The notes under the pieces are model-generated. The model saw only the letters and a program-made list of their open reading frames with translations, did no database searches and was not told where the DNA came from. Made by a program: the position numbers and the translations under genes. Positions 18,562 through 28,280 of a DNA stretch of 64,000 nucleotides are shown here, one piece after another. The stretch is taken from the IMG/VR virus record IMGVR_UViG_3300017971_007885, positions 1 through 64,000 of that record, one strand, 5' to 3'. Origin of the DNA: a virus. Every line of letters begins with the position of its first letter. The stretch's first letter is position 1.

Positions 18562-19092
18562 ATGTCTAAGGCCAAAAAACGCAAGCCGGACAGCGACACC
18601 ACTATACTGGAGAAGGTGGACGAAAAGAAGACACATGAACCCACACCCAGACCACCGATCCGGGTGCTAATATGCGGCTCCAGAACCTGGACCGACGAAG
18701 ATGCGATCTTGGCTCAAATCTTCACCCTGCCACACGAGTCGATTATCATTCACGGTGCCCACCCAGAAGGCGCGGATGCCATTGCCCGCAAGTGGGCGGA
18801 ATACCTGGACTATAAACAAGAACCCTATCCAGCCGATTGGCCACGATATGGCAACCAGGCCGGTCCGATCCGCAATACCCAGATGCTCAAAGAGGGCAAG
18901 CCTATGGTCGTGTGGGCCTTTACCCATGAACTGTATGGCGGTGGCAGTGAAACCCACTGCGTGGCGGATATGGTAAACAAGGCCAGGCGGGCCAAGGTAA
19001 AGGTAAAACTTTTTGGATGCCAAGAACCAACCCAACTTGACTTCTTTTCCGTTGCCAACGAATCTACTCAGATACGGAACCTTGCCTTGTAG
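18562..19092 (+). CDS. SLOG-superfamily protein (YspA/DUF2493-like)
   Basis: VLICGSR, IIHGA..GAD, YPADW..YG..AGPIRN.QML. Confidence 0.85.
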   Translation: MSKAKKRKPDSDTTILEKVDEKKTHEPTPRPPIRVLICGSRTWTDEDAILAQIFTLPHESIIIHGAHPEGADAIARKWAEYLDYKQEPYPADWPRYGNQAGPIRNTQMLKEGKPMVVWAFTHELYGGGSETHCVADMVNKARRAKVKVKLFGCQEPTQLDFFSVANESTQIRNLAL

Positions 19093-19165
19093 AGGCTCCA
19101 ACTCGGGATTATCATTCAATCCGATCTGATAAGCGAGCAAGATGCTCTAGAAACGATCGCCAACC

Positions 19166-19597
19166 GTGATAGACTATGACGATTGCGCCCCACCGGGCGG
19201 ACACTGTACAGGTTTTTTTACCCCTATAGACGTATACTTGGTGAATCCCCGCAACGTAGTGCCCACCACGGCTAACTTTCATGCCATGGCCACATTCGAT
19301 CTTTGCCTATTGGATCCTTGTCCTGAACCGCAAGCCCAAGTACAGGGTTGCAAACTAAAACACGGACAGGTCACCCTTTACCGTTGGGCACATGGCATAA
19401 TCGTGGAACTAGTCAATTATATGCCTATCTCGCAGCATAGCGGGTCCGGACGCTCTGAGCAAGATATACCTAGCTGGATGGGCTCAAACTCGGAAGAGTG
19501 GGATCGGCTCCTATTCACGGCCATAGACCAATTGTGCAAACGGCAAGGATTATCATTCGCCGGAATGCTGGAAAGCAGGAGGTTTTTACTATCATGA
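19166..19597 (+). CDS. hypothetical protein
   Basis: ORF coupled to next gene; start uncertain. Confidence 0.45.
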   Translation: MIDYDDCAPPGGHCTGFFTPIDVYLVNPRNVVPTTANFHAMATFDLCLLDPCPEPQAQVQGCKLKHGQVTLYRWAHGIIVELVNYMPISQHSGSGRSEQDIPSWMGSNSEEWDRLLFTAIDQLCKRQGLSFAGMLESRRFLLS

Positions 19598-19878
19598 ATT
19601 GCCCTGAGTGTGGGCGCTTTATGACACTGACAATTGCCTTTGAGGTTACACCGGCCCAGGATGTATGGAACTGCGCTTATTGGTGGATATGCAACAACGA
19701 ATTGCACTTTTACCAGGCGGATCCCATACCCGCCCCAGAGTATCAATGGTTGTGGAATTGTGAAGGCATACCGGCCACGGCACTCCAAGCGTGGCCAGAG
19801 CTATACCAGGAATACAACCAGATGTGGGCCAGATTGCCCAAATCTATCCAAAAACATTATCAAAAGGTCCACCTATGA
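19594..19878 (+). CDS. hypothetical zinc-ribbon protein
   Basis: AGGAGG RBS; MNCPECG...WWIC. Confidence 0.6.
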   Translation: MNCPECGRFMTLTIAFEVTPAQDVWNCAYWWICNNELHFYQADPIPAPEYQWLWNCEGIPATALQAWPELYQEYNQMWARLPKSIQKHYQKVHL

Positions 19879-20198
19879 GCAAAACAACCAAGACCGTTAC
19901 TAGGCCAGCCCGCCCACTCGCCAGGATCGACGTGCCCAACCTTGTTATGTACCTGCGAGAGTATAACACGGATGAACTCCAGGCGTATTATGCCATCTTT
20001 AACACGTGCGTGGATCGGCTCCTAGATAGATCTAAAGATCACCGGCTCCGGAGAGATGTAAGACGCAAAGCACACGAAAGACTAAAGAAAACACGCAAAA
20101 AACGCAACCAGATCCGGGCTACCCTACTAGCTAGAGGGGCCAACCTGGAGCCCGAGCCGGAAGAATGGGAAGAAGACCATGCCAATACTACCCAATGA
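19875..20198 (+). CDS. hypothetical basic protein
   Basis: ATGA coupling. Confidence 0.6.
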   Translation: MSKTTKTVTRPARPLARIDVPNLVMYLREYNTDELQAYYAIFNTCVDRLLDRSKDHRLRRDVRRKAHERLKKTRKKRNQIRATLLARGANLEPEPEEWEEDHANTTQ

Positions 20199-20778
20199 AG
20201 AGCCTTACGTGTGTGATGGAGCAAGACACGATCCAGCCGGTATAGAACACCGGGGCTACTATAGACCAATGTTGTATGATGGAGAACCGGGGCGGATACT
20301 CATGCGGGGGGTGGGGGTATGGATCAAGGCCCAAGCGATGCGAACCACAGGGACGATCTTTGCATGGCAACAAAAACCATCATTCCCTTCATGGCTGTAT
20401 GTGGCTATGGGCCAAGTGCGAGAACTGGAAGACCTTTGTGGCTCCCAGTCCACAGACATTATCATGACAATGAACTGCATTGTACAGATTCCCGTGGCCA
20501 GCGCCGTGGTGCAACGGATAGGCATTGACCAAACCATAAACGAGATCAAGAGAGCCAGCCAGGTCATTGTAACACACCCGAGACATGAACCCAGACAAGG
20601 CAAGCCCGGAGCAATGGATATCTTGGCCATCTATCGCACCGACTTTTTGAACGTGTGGGATGATGTCAAAGTGGCACCCTTTTATAGGCAGTTTGGAGCC
20701 ATGGGGGACGTTCCAGAAGGCCATATTTGCTTTTGCGGCTATCCACTATATGGCGGCACCTACAAGGAAGACTGCTAA
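20179..20778 (+). CDS. hypothetical protein
   Basis: 199-aa ORF in operon. Confidence 0.6.
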   Translation: MPILPNEEPYVCDGARHDPAGIEHRGYYRPMLYDGEPGRILMRGVGVWIKAQAMRTTGTIFAWQQKPSFPSWLYVAMGQVRELEDLCGSQSTDIIMTMNCIVQIPVASAVVQRIGIDQTINEIKRASQVIVTHPRHEPRQGKPGAMDILAIYRTDFLNVWDDVKVAPFYRQFGAMGDVPEGHICFCGYPLYGGTYKEDC

Positions 20779-21089
20779 TGTCCATTGATCCGGATCTGTT
20801 TGCCCAGATGGAAACTATGTATGGGATTATCAAAGCCGATCCCAGATGGGGCGGCTCATACTGCATTGGCGTATGCCCAGAACTCAAAGAAGCCGCCTTT
20901 GCCGACATAACAGAACTAACCCTTTGCGGAGATACACTCTCGATCCTTGTCAGTGACCAAATTGTAAATGTGACCGATGGACAAGGCAACAAACATAGCG
21001 ATCTGTGGATCTGTAGGCTCCCGCCAGTACAAGACACTGATACGCCAGTACAAAACACTGATACGCCAGTACAAGACACTGGACAATGA
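20778..21089 (+). CDS. hypothetical protein
   Basis: TAATG coupling; ends in PVQDTDT repeats. Confidence 0.55.
   Translation: MSIDPDLFAQMETMYGIIKADPRWGGSYCIGVCPELKEAAFADITELTLCGDTLSILVSDQIVNVTDGQGNKHSDLWICRLPPVQDTDTPVQNTDTPVQDTGQ
21022..21081 (+). repeat. 21-bp tandem repeat x2.9 (cgccagtacaagacactgata)
   Basis: copies at 21022, 21043, 21064; one mismatch. Confidence 0.9.
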
Positions 21090-21508
21090 AACTTTACCCG
21101 TGGCACTCCAAGTCCTGGACTCGTAGTACAGGGCACTCCAGTGATTTCCAAAGACCGGCGCAATGGGGGGACTTGGCAGGTGCTTTGTTTGAAGCATCTA
21201 TGGCCAGCGATGAAGGGGCATATATCGAGATCGATGGCACCCCAAGTCCTGGACTTGTAGTACAGGGCACATGCCAAGAAGAACCATCTTCCTTCTTTAG
21301 AACCCTGGAGCAGGTCACCAGAGCCATAGAACGGCGGGCGGCTAACGTGAACTTGGAACTTATACCAGATCCAACCGTGGTACTGCCAAGACGTATCTTT
21401 GACCAAATCATAGCGGCGAGCTTTGGCGTGCCGACTGATATCCTGTACTCGGAACGTAGCCCAGGATCAAGTATGCTCATAACAGAACAGGAAAGGACAA
21501 ACCCATGA
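21086..21508 (+). CDS. hypothetical protein
   Basis: ATGA coupling both ends. Confidence 0.5.
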   Translation: MKLYPWHSKSWTRSTGHSSDFQRPAQWGDLAGALFEASMASDEGAYIEIDGTPSPGLVVQGTCQEEPSSFFRTLEQVTRAIERRAANVNLELIPDPTVVLPRRIFDQIIAASFGVPTDILYSERSPGSSMLITEQERTNP

Positions 21509-21693
21509 TGGCTGAAACTAAACCGATGTACGACGAATGCGCTTATGAACTCGGATGCAAAGCACGAGCAGATAACCAATCTCTTGATGCGTGCACTTAT
21601 CCAGATGGACACCTTGCCGACTCCTGGAAGGCCGGGTGGCACGACATGAACCGAACGCTACAAGAACAGAACCAGGCCAGTAAAGGACACTGA
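21505..21693 (+). CDS. Rmf (ribosome modulation factor)-like small protein
   Basis: AYELGCKA......CTY......SWKAGW matches the Rmf A..GY.AG....CPY....W..GW pattern. Confidence 0.6.
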   Translation: MMAETKPMYDECAYELGCKARADNQSLDACTYPDGHLADSWKAGWHDMNRTLQEQNQASKGH

Positions 21694-21694
21694 C

Positions 21695-22021
21695 ATGTCT
21701 AGACAACCGTACCAGGATTTTACACCAGAAGAATACTATACCATCCAACTCGCTACCTTTGGCGCTCAAGTGCTCCAAATCGTGGCCAATGCCAAAGCCG
21801 ACAAAGAACACCGGGGCCAAAAAGCCTACCATGAAGCCCAACGGCTTATCCCTCACCTTCCAAGAATCAAAAACCATCTTTACCGGACCGTGAGCGTGGC
21901 CATAGGCGGAGCCACCGATTCAAGCCAAGATGTTCTACAATGCGTACTTTGCCAAGCTAAATTCAGACGCAACCAGGAACGCCACTTGCCCAGTTGCCCA
22001 TATGGCCCAATGGCAACATAA
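21695..22021 (+). CDS. hypothetical protein, C-terminal Cys/His cluster
   Basis: CVLC...H...CP. Confidence 0.55.
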   Translation: MSRQPYQDFTPEEYYTIQLATFGAQVLQIVANAKADKEHRGQKAYHEAQRLIPHLPRIKNHLYRTVSVAIGGATDSSQDVLQCVLCQAKFRRNQERHLPSCPYGPMAT

Positions 22022-22036
22022 TAACCACGTGAACTT

Positions 22037-22660
22037 TTGCGGCAAAAACTAGGGCCATTTTGGACCATAACTGTAGACATATCACCATGCTGTGCGATCA
22101 AAAGATCGTTCCAAACCTGTAGAGGTAGAATGTCACCACAAAGCATAAATAACGGCAATAGAGAACATTGCTCCGGTCATCCCAGAAGCATAAATAACGG
22201 CAATAGAGAACATTGGTTGGGGATTATCATTCATCTAGATGCCCATGTCTACAAACTGGCATGGCAAAAGCTATATGGTAACCCACGGCAGTATAACCCA
22301 TTGCCCAAACTTGCCGATCCCACGATCACTAAAGCCTATCATGACGCCAAACACAAAATCATGCTCAATGAACTGTATGGCGTAAGAGGCTTTCCGGCAT
22401 TAGAACCCAAACCCACATACAACCAAGTAACCAATGCCCTACAAGCAAGCATAGCAGGGATACAAGCTTTCTATACCGCTATAGGGAATGCCATGATCCC
22501 GACCATGGAACGAATGACAGCTTCCTTTACTCACTTTGCCCAAAACCTCAACCAATGGGCCAATAACCCACTTGATATCAGAAGCCCAAGCCAAGAAACC
22601 ATAGACACGATCTTGGCCATGGCACCCGAAGAACCGGAGCAAACCCATGACAGGCCGTGA
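22037..22660 (+). CDS. hypothetical protein (start uncertain)
   Basis: ORF overlapping next gene. Confidence 0.45.
   Translation: MRQKLGPFWTITVDISPCCAIKRSFQTCRGRMSPQSINNGNREHCSGHPRSINNGNREHWLGIIIHLDAHVYKLAWQKLYGNPRQYNPLPKLADPTITKAYHDAKHKIMLNELYGVRGFPALEPKPTYNQVTNALQASIAGIQAFYTAIGNAMIPTMERMTASFTHFAQNLNQWANNPLDIRSPSQETIDTILAMAPEEPEQTHDRP
22141..22215 (+). repeat. 30-bp direct repeat x2 (aagcataaataacggcaatagagaacattg), 45-bp period
   Basis: copies at 22141 and 22186. Confidence 0.9.
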
Positions 22661-23675
22661 TATTCTAGTGCTATGCCAATATCATCCCCAATTCCAAGAC
22701 TTTCGCCGCAAGTGGGAACTCGATTACGCCATGCGCCAACGTGCCCACTTTTACGAACCAGATCAAATGGCCGATCGCTTCGATCTGTCCTACTATCCAT
22801 GCCCCGATCGCTTCGATCTGTCCTACTATCCATGCCCCGATCGCTTCGATCTGTCCTACTATCCATGCCCCGATCGCCTTCACTTTTACCGTGGACACGC
22901 CCAACAGGTAAATGGTCGGATTGTAAACATCATTGCCCAAACCGGGACATGGTATCAAAGAAGGCACATTCATGATGAACTACTTGAAATCAGGCACTCT
23001 TGCCCAGAAGCAGAATGGATCAATGACACACAACCCCTTCACGTGTTTGCTATCAATGAAGCAGACTTTAGGGATTACTGCAATAGCCGTTTCTTGAACC
23101 CAAACGATGGCCATGAAGCTGTTTTTGTGTCGCCAGATTCTAGCCTATCGCCGGAAACATTCCATCAACGTTTCCCCATGGCACACTTTGACATGACTTA
23201 CCACTATCTGACCTCTGACAGACGCTCAACCCAATATGCTATGCGAGATTCCAGAAACACCCAAACAATACCCATGTTCGACAGCGATGGCCCAACGACA
23301 TGGGTCAATGTGCCAGGGGATACGCCAAGACCATCCATAGATGACATGATCGATGCCATGCGGGCAGGGGTCCAGGCTGTACAAGATACCCCATGGGGTT
23401 GGACTTCCTCTATAGAATGGCCCGAGTGGATAGAAACCCAAGATCGCGCATTTCTAGAAGGGCAGTTTCATACCCATACCCACATGAAGCACGTATGCAT
23501 AGAGATGCTAGAAGAGGTACACATGGGACGCACATGGGACTACTTTGCACAACGCAAAAGCCTTGCTCATTTGACGTGCTATCTTATGCACACACACAAG
23601 GTCAAAGTGTTATTGGCCAAGCACTGGGCTAAATCCTATCTGGACCTGTATAGGCTATGTGGGGGGCACTCATGA
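22647..23675 (+). CDS. hypothetical protein
   Basis: 342-aa ORF with GGAG RBS. Confidence 0.6.
   Translation: MTGRDILVLCQYHPQFQDFRRKWELDYAMRQRAHFYEPDQMADRFDLSYYPCPDRFDLSYYPCPDRFDLSYYPCPDRLHFYRGHAQQVNGRIVNIIAQTGTWYQRRHIHDELLEIRHSCPEAEWINDTQPLHVFAINEADFRDYCNSRFLNPNDGHEAVFVSPDSSLSPETFHQRFPMAHFDMTYHYLTSDRRSTQYAMRDSRNTQTIPMFDSDGPTTWVNVPGDTPRPSIDDMIDAMRAGVQAVQDTPWGWTSSIEWPEWIETQDRAFLEGQFHTHTHMKHVCIEMLEEVHMGRTWDYFAQRKSLAHLTCYLMHTHKVKVLLAKHWAKSYLDLYRLCGGHS
22771..22877 (+). repeat. 33-bp tandem repeat x3.2 (ccgatcgcttcgatctgtcctactatccatgcc)
   Basis: copies at 22771, 22804, 22837; encodes DRFDLSYYPCP. Confidence 0.95.
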
Positions 23676-24082
23676 GCATGTATGCTACAAGGGGGGGCAT
23701 ACAGGCCCACGCTCTAAACACTAGTCCACGAGATGAAGGCTATGTGCATTTCTGTCAAGTGTTTGAGCATATATGTCACACGTGGCCAGAGGCTGACCGT
23801 ATACGTGAGAGTTTTGGTCTAGAGCGTATCTATACAGAGCTACAGGCACATCCCTTTGCTGTGGTACTAGAGGCTCACATAAGGCGTACCGTAAAGGACT
23901 ATAGAGGCAGAACTATCAGGATGACATGGGAACTGTGTACGCTACTCATGATAGAGCGCAAGATCACGTGTGTGGATGTGGCCATGGAGCTATTGCATAC
24001 TATCATCCATATGTGGCTATTGTGTGGGGTACCTGAAGAGCTAGATCCTAGTGTTGAGGTTGTACGTAGGGAGCCTACGTGA
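23672..24082 (+). CDS. hypothetical protein
   Basis: ATGA coupling. Confidence 0.55.
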   Translation: MSMYATRGGIQAHALNTSPRDEGYVHFCQVFEHICHTWPEADRIRESFGLERIYTELQAHPFAVVLEAHIRRTVKDYRGRTIRMTWELCTLLMIERKITCVDVAMELLHTIIHMWLLCGVPEELDPSVEVVRREPT

Positions 24083-24515
24083 GGATTCCCACAGGGCCAC
24101 ACATACGGGGGCGTGTGCGTGCCCACTCCGCCCCATCATCGGCTCTTATATGCAGCATGGGGTGCCTAATCCTATGTCTAAAAGCCTATGTCTAGCAACA
24201 CATGTTATACGACATAGAAACGTGCACCCCCCTATACACAAATATACGCAAGGCTGCAAGCAGAAAGCGGGGCAAAATGACCACGGATCGCAAAAAAAAT
24301 TACTAGGCCGGAAGGTCCAAGGTATTCCTTCGGGCCGGATGATCGATTTTTTACATGCTACAGTGATTGAAAGGACGGTGCTCTATGGAAGTATGGCATT
24401 GGTTGGACTTTTACGGGTGGGCGGACGGCTGAAAGGGGTTGGTTGTGGGTGGCTTGGTGAACGTGTCGGAATGCGAAGGCAATGGGGCTTAGTGGGTATC
24501 AGGTAGGAAGGCAAT
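24083..24515. other. largest non-coding gap; strand-skew switch point (candidate origin or packaging/terminus region)
   Basis: C/A-rich upstream, G/T-rich downstream; inverted repeat 24306-24336 flanked by A8 and T6 tracts. Confidence 0.5.
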
Positions 24516-24800
24516 TTGAGTAATATGGTAAACTGTGTTGTATGTCAAAAGGTGCTTTTAGGTGGGATTGACACGTTTGGATCGTATGATATGCCGATGT
24601 GTTGGGAGCACTTTAGTGAATTAAATGGGCAGGGTGGATCTTGTTATGGGCTTGCGCCGCATGTTCATGATTTGAGCCGAACGGGATCGATTATTGGTTC
24701 TACAGTTTTCACGGGTGAAGAGGATAGCAGGTTTGTGGCCGATCTTGATGCTCCGGGGTTGGGGGTTTGGATATGGTCAACGGCAAGAGGGTGGCGATAG
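24516..24800 (+). CDS. hypothetical protein
   Basis: AGGAAGG RBS; CVVC...CWEH. Confidence 0.55.
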   Translation: MSNMVNCVVCQKVLLGGIDTFGSYDMPMCWEHFSELNGQGGSCYGLAPHVHDLSRTGSIIGSTVFTGEEDSRFVADLDAPGLGVWIWSTARGWR

Positions 24801-25738
24801 TGGTGGAAAGGGTAAAGGGATTGTGGCAGGTGGATGGCACGTTGCCCAACTTGGCTTTGATGAAGCTATCTAGTTGGTTGCGCTCTTTGGATTTTGTGCC
24901 GGTATTGCAACGGGTACCGGATCGGTTTACGGCTTACGCATCGGTGATCTTTACTGAGAACAGGCCACGGGTTGAGATGTGGCGGCGGGTGTATGATTTT
25001 GAGGTTGGGGGTAGTGGGTGGGATTTGGCGGGCAGGTTACCGGATGAAGTGGAAGGGTGCGTGCCGGATTACTCGCTTTACGGGATCGGCTATGCCATGG
25101 GGCGGTTGTCTGTGGGGTGTATCCGGGATTGTTCTTTTTGCATTGTGAGGCGGAAAGAGGGGGGATTGAGGCAGGTGGCCCAATTGGGGGACTTGGTACG
25201 CCCAGATAGCAGAAAATTGATGTTATTGGACAACAACTTGTTGGCATTGCCGGGTGTGGTGGGGATATTGGAAGAGATGATCGATCTGGGGTTGCGGGTT
25301 GCCTTCACTCAAGGGTTGGATATTCGGTTAGTGACGCCGGAAATAGCCGAGTTATTGGCCGGGGTGGATTATAGGGCGAACGATTTTAAGCACAAGCGGC
25401 TATTTTTTGCCTTTGATGATATTGGTTTAGAAGAGCGGGTGCGGGCGGGCATTGATCTTTTACTCGGGGCCGGGTTGGATCCGGATACTTTGTCTTTTTA
25501 CGTGTTGGTTGGCTATGATTCTGATTTTGGTTCGGACGTGGCCCGGTGTGAGATATTGCGGGGGTATGGGATCAAGCCTTATGTGATGCGATATCGGAAG
25601 GCTCCGGATTTGAACGCATTGGCCAGGTGGGCGAATGCTTCGCGTGGGTTGTGGCGCATGCCCTTTTCCGAGTATACCCGGACTGAGAGGGTGAAGGTTG
25701 GGGAAGGGCAGGGCTGTTTATTTTCAATAGATGTTTGA
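24773..25738 (+). CDS. radical SAM protein (phage PNLALMK family)
   Basis: PNLALMKLS, GGSG, PDYSLY, GCIRDCSFC (CxxxCxxC), DNN, QGLD.RL. Confidence 0.85.
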   Translation: MVNGKRVAIVVERVKGLWQVDGTLPNLALMKLSSWLRSLDFVPVLQRVPDRFTAYASVIFTENRPRVEMWRRVYDFEVGGSGWDLAGRLPDEVEGCVPDYSLYGIGYAMGRLSVGCIRDCSFCIVRRKEGGLRQVAQLGDLVRPDSRKLMLLDNNLLALPGVVGILEEMIDLGLRVAFTQGLDIRLVTPEIAELLAGVDYRANDFKHKRLFFAFDDIGLEERVRAGIDLLLGAGLDPDTLSFYVLVGYDSDFGSDVARCEILRGYGIKPYVMRYRKAPDLNALARWANASRGLWRMPFSEYTRTERVKVGEGQGCLFSIDV

Positions 25739-25759
25739 TTGTAAGTAAAGGAGAAAGCG

Positions 25760-26035
25760 ATGGGCAAGAAAGAGAAGCGGTATAGTTCAACCGTTGTTGA
25801 CAGTATGGTAGCGAATGAAGCAAGAAAAGGATCGGATAGTTGTTACGCTTTACCGTGGCCTGATTGGCGTTCGGCTTTTGGTGAGCGAGAGCGGCGATTG
25901 ATCGAGAATTGCCAGGTGTATGCTCAGAACGATCCGGCTGGAATGCCTGGGCATGCATTAGCTTTGATCGTTTCCCAGTTTGCCGACATTTTGGATCAGG
26001 ATAGGGCGAAGTCTAGAAAGCTAAGTGATCAGTAG
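25760..26035 (+). CDS. hypothetical protein
   Basis: AAGGAG RBS. Confidence 0.6.
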   Translation: MGKKEKRYSSTVVDSMVANEARKGSDSCYALPWPDWRSAFGERERRLIENCQVYAQNDPAGMPGHALALIVSQFADILDQDRAKSRKLSDQ

Positions 26036-26059
26036 TTTAGTTAGAAATGGCAAAGCAAG

Positions 26060-26344
26060 ATGAAAAGCTGGAGGGATGTTAGCATAATTTTGTTGGTAGC
26101 GGTGTTTTGTACTACATGTGCCGCTCCCACCCCGATCGTGGTCAATGAGCGGGGCACGCCATACCCGATTTTGCAGGTCACCCAGATGGAAGGGAACGTG
26201 AAGCGGGTGATTGATCGGCAAGCGTGTGTGGTGCTCTGGGTTCACAACTATAACAGTGGGGGTGGTGTGGCGGTGTTGCCGGTTGATCAAACGGCTTTGA
26301 ATGTGCCCGAGTGTAATCGGGATAGAGGGAACAGTCATGAATAG
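26060..26344 (+). CDS. putative lipoprotein/secreted protein
   Basis: signal-like hydrophobic N-terminus followed by Cys. Confidence 0.5.
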   Translation: MKSWRDVSIILLVAVFCTTCAAPTPIVVNERGTPYPILQVTQMEGNVKRVIDRQACVVLWVHNYNSGGGVAVLPVDQTALNVPECNRDRGNSHE

Positions 26345-26750
26345 GAAAAAAGATGTGGATACGGTCATGGGGGTTGAGTTATTGGCTGACCTGGAGAAGC
26401 GGACAGGTCGGGAAGGGGCGTTTCAGTGTAACTATGATGAGGATCGGGCCACGTGTCGGGCGCTCATAGAATGGGTGGGGGTAGATCGGTGGTCGTGGGA
26501 GCGGTTGCGGTTATTGCTTAACTATGTGCATGAGCGGGGGATCCGGTTGGGGGCGGAGCGGTCTAGGGCGGCGATTATGGGGCAGGTATTGGGTGGGTCG
26601 GTGCATCGGGAATTCACCTTGTGGGGTCGTGATTTGACCGGGCTGGACATGGAAGAGTTGCAAGCCTTCTACAATGGGGAGTCGAAGCGGGGACTTGAGC
26701 ATGGGCTTGCCGGGTTTTTGTTGGTGAAGGGGGATCGGGATGGATCTTGA
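26337..26750 (+). CDS. hypothetical protein
   Basis: GAGGG RBS. Confidence 0.55.
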   Translation: MNRKKDVDTVMGVELLADLEKRTGREGAFQCNYDEDRATCRALIEWVGVDRWSWERLRLLLNYVHERGIRLGAERSRAAIMGQVLGGSVHREFTLWGRDLTGLDMEELQAFYNGESKRGLEHGLAGFLLVKGDRDGS

Positions 26751-27210
26751 AGTGATGGGTGGATGGTTACAGTTGGAACATGGGGTGGACGTGCATAGTG
26801 TGGAACATGCGTGGGAAGGGTTGCGGGTAGATGTGCCCATGGGTTGCACCTACGTATTAGCCGGGCAGTTAGCCGCTCCTGAGAAAACTTTAGGTCACAA
26901 GTGGTCCTTTTACATCGTGGCCGGTCAATCTTTTTTGCCCGATCGTTTTACTAGGGGTGATCTAGAGCTTGTGCGGTTAGACATGATATTGAAGGGCCGT
27001 TTCAGCATTAGTCATGATTTGCTGGACTTGGCCAACAGGTTACTAGCGGATGCTTTGGTGTTTGCCGGGTCCGGGATATTTTCAAGGGGCAAGAAGGAAG
27101 AGTGGACCAGGATGGTCAGGGGCTACTTGAGGCGGGCCGGGGTTGAGATACCGGAACCGAACCCCACGATCGAGGACATAAGGGAGGGAGGCGGTTGGGA
27201 TGGTGGATAA
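26740..27210 (+). CDS. hypothetical protein
   Basis: overlapping operon ORF. Confidence 0.55.
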   Translation: MDLEVMGGWLQLEHGVDVHSVEHAWEGLRVDVPMGCTYVLAGQLAAPEKTLGHKWSFYIVAGQSFLPDRFTRGDLELVRLDMILKGRFSISHDLLDLANRLLADALVFAGSGIFSRGKKEEWTRMVRGYLRRAGVEIPEPNPTIEDIREGGGWDGG

Positions 27211-27427
27211 GTGGTGTTTGCCATATGCTGAAGATATGAACTATTGGAAGACTGGCAAGAGTGGGCCGGATGTGTGGATGGAGCGGGCCAAGGTTGAGAT
27301 TATCAAGGCGGGTTGGGTTGTGCTCCAGCAAGCCCACGTTGAATGAAGCGGATGGCAAAAGGTGGGGGCCGGGTGCTCCATATGAGGCTTTTAGGCGGAG
27401 TTGCGAGAACATCATAAGGATGTGGCG

Positions 27428-27604
27428 ATGATCGAGCGAATTTGGTTTGTGGCATTGGGGGTTATGATCGGCCAGGTGCCGTGGATCGTGTCTATCGCTT
27501 GTGCGTTGTTTTGGCTTTGGCGGCGGCGGTGGCAGGTTGCGTTTTTGGCGGACGTATGTCGTCAACTGATGGTGTGGTTAAAAGAAGATCTTGACACGAT
27601 ATAG
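27428..27604 (+). CDS. small membrane protein
   Basis: hydrophobic, AAGGA RBS. Confidence 0.45.
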   Translation: MIERIWFVALGVMIGQVPWIVSIACALFWLWRRRWQVAFLADVCRQLMVWLKEDLDTI

Positions 27605-27608
27605 GGGG

Positions 27609-27803
27609 ATGGTGATGGTACTGGAAAAGATCATGGTGGTTATTGTGTACATCTTTGGCATTTCCGGCATGTATGATGTATGTTACTATGAAGCGGACAT
27701 GCCCAGAGGGGTGGCGCTCTTGTTTGCCTTGGTGTGGCCCATGGGATTGCCGATTTTGGGCGTGTTGTTGCTTATATCTCGGGTAGAGAGGCGGCACTTT
27801 TGA
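27609..27803 (+). CDS. small membrane protein
   Basis: two hydrophobic segments. Confidence 0.5.
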   Translation: MVMVLEKIMVVIVYIFGISGMYDVCYYEADMPRGVALLFALVWPMGLPILGVLLLISRVERRHF

Positions 27804-28120
27804 TGTTCTTTGAGATTGTTTGTCAGTACCACATCTTTCAGGATAAGGTTAGGGCGTTGGCCGGGTTTACGGGAGTGCTTCCGCCCCTGGAGTACCCACG
27901 GGTGCGCTATGAGGATGCCAGGCGGTTAGGATGGTGGCAGACAAGCAACCGGATATTTAGTCAGGATGGAAGATTGGTGTGGATATGCCCTGATTGTGCG
28001 CGGTGGCTTGACGATTACGAGGGCCGTGGACCGTTATGGCAAGCCAGCCGTGGCCTTTTTTACCCGTGGCAAGCCGACACTGGGCGGTTTATGGGTCCGG
28101 ATTATCAATGCGGGGCTTGA
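27803..28120 (+). CDS. hypothetical protein
   Basis: TGATG coupling; WICPDC. Confidence 0.5.
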   Translation: MFFEIVCQYHIFQDKVRALAGFTGVLPPLEYPRVRYEDARRLGWWQTSNRIFSQDGRLVWICPDCARWLDDYEGRGPLWQASRGLFYPWQADTGRFMGPDYQCGA

Positions 28121-28126
28121 TCTGGG

Positions 28127-28223
28127 GATACAGGGGCTTGATCCTGGATTGGAGATACAGGGGCTTGATCCTGGATTGGAGATACAGGGGCTTGATCCTG
28201 GATTGGAGATACAGGGGCTTGAT
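28127..28223 (+). repeat. 27-bp intergenic tandem repeat x3.6 (gatacaggggcttgatcctggattgga)
   Basis: copies at 28127, 28154, 28181, partial 28208. Confidence 0.95.
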
Positions 28224-28247
28224 TGATGGGTCATTCCATGGTACAAT
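28219..28247 (+). promoter_or_regulatory. sigma70-type promoter
   Basis: TTGATT, 17 nt, TG-n-TACAAT. Confidence 0.6.
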
Positions 28248-28280
28248 AGAGACAATCAAGAGCAACGGAAAGTGTGGTGT

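Noticed and set aside
19090-19180. Open frame continuing after the SLOG gene TAG
   Set aside because: Short, no motif and no readthrough signal.
21400-22385. Portal-like IAASFGVP and PolB-like KIMLNELYG peptide fragments in orphan ORFs
   Set aside because: Isolated short matches without the surrounding domains; could be chance.
24080-24170. TGA of ORF 23672 followed by a loose GC hairpin
   Set aside because: Irregular stem, and the extension has no recognisable motif.
14562-28223. Tandem repeats as CRISPR arrays
   Set aside because: Units are head-to-tail without unique spacers; no cas genes.
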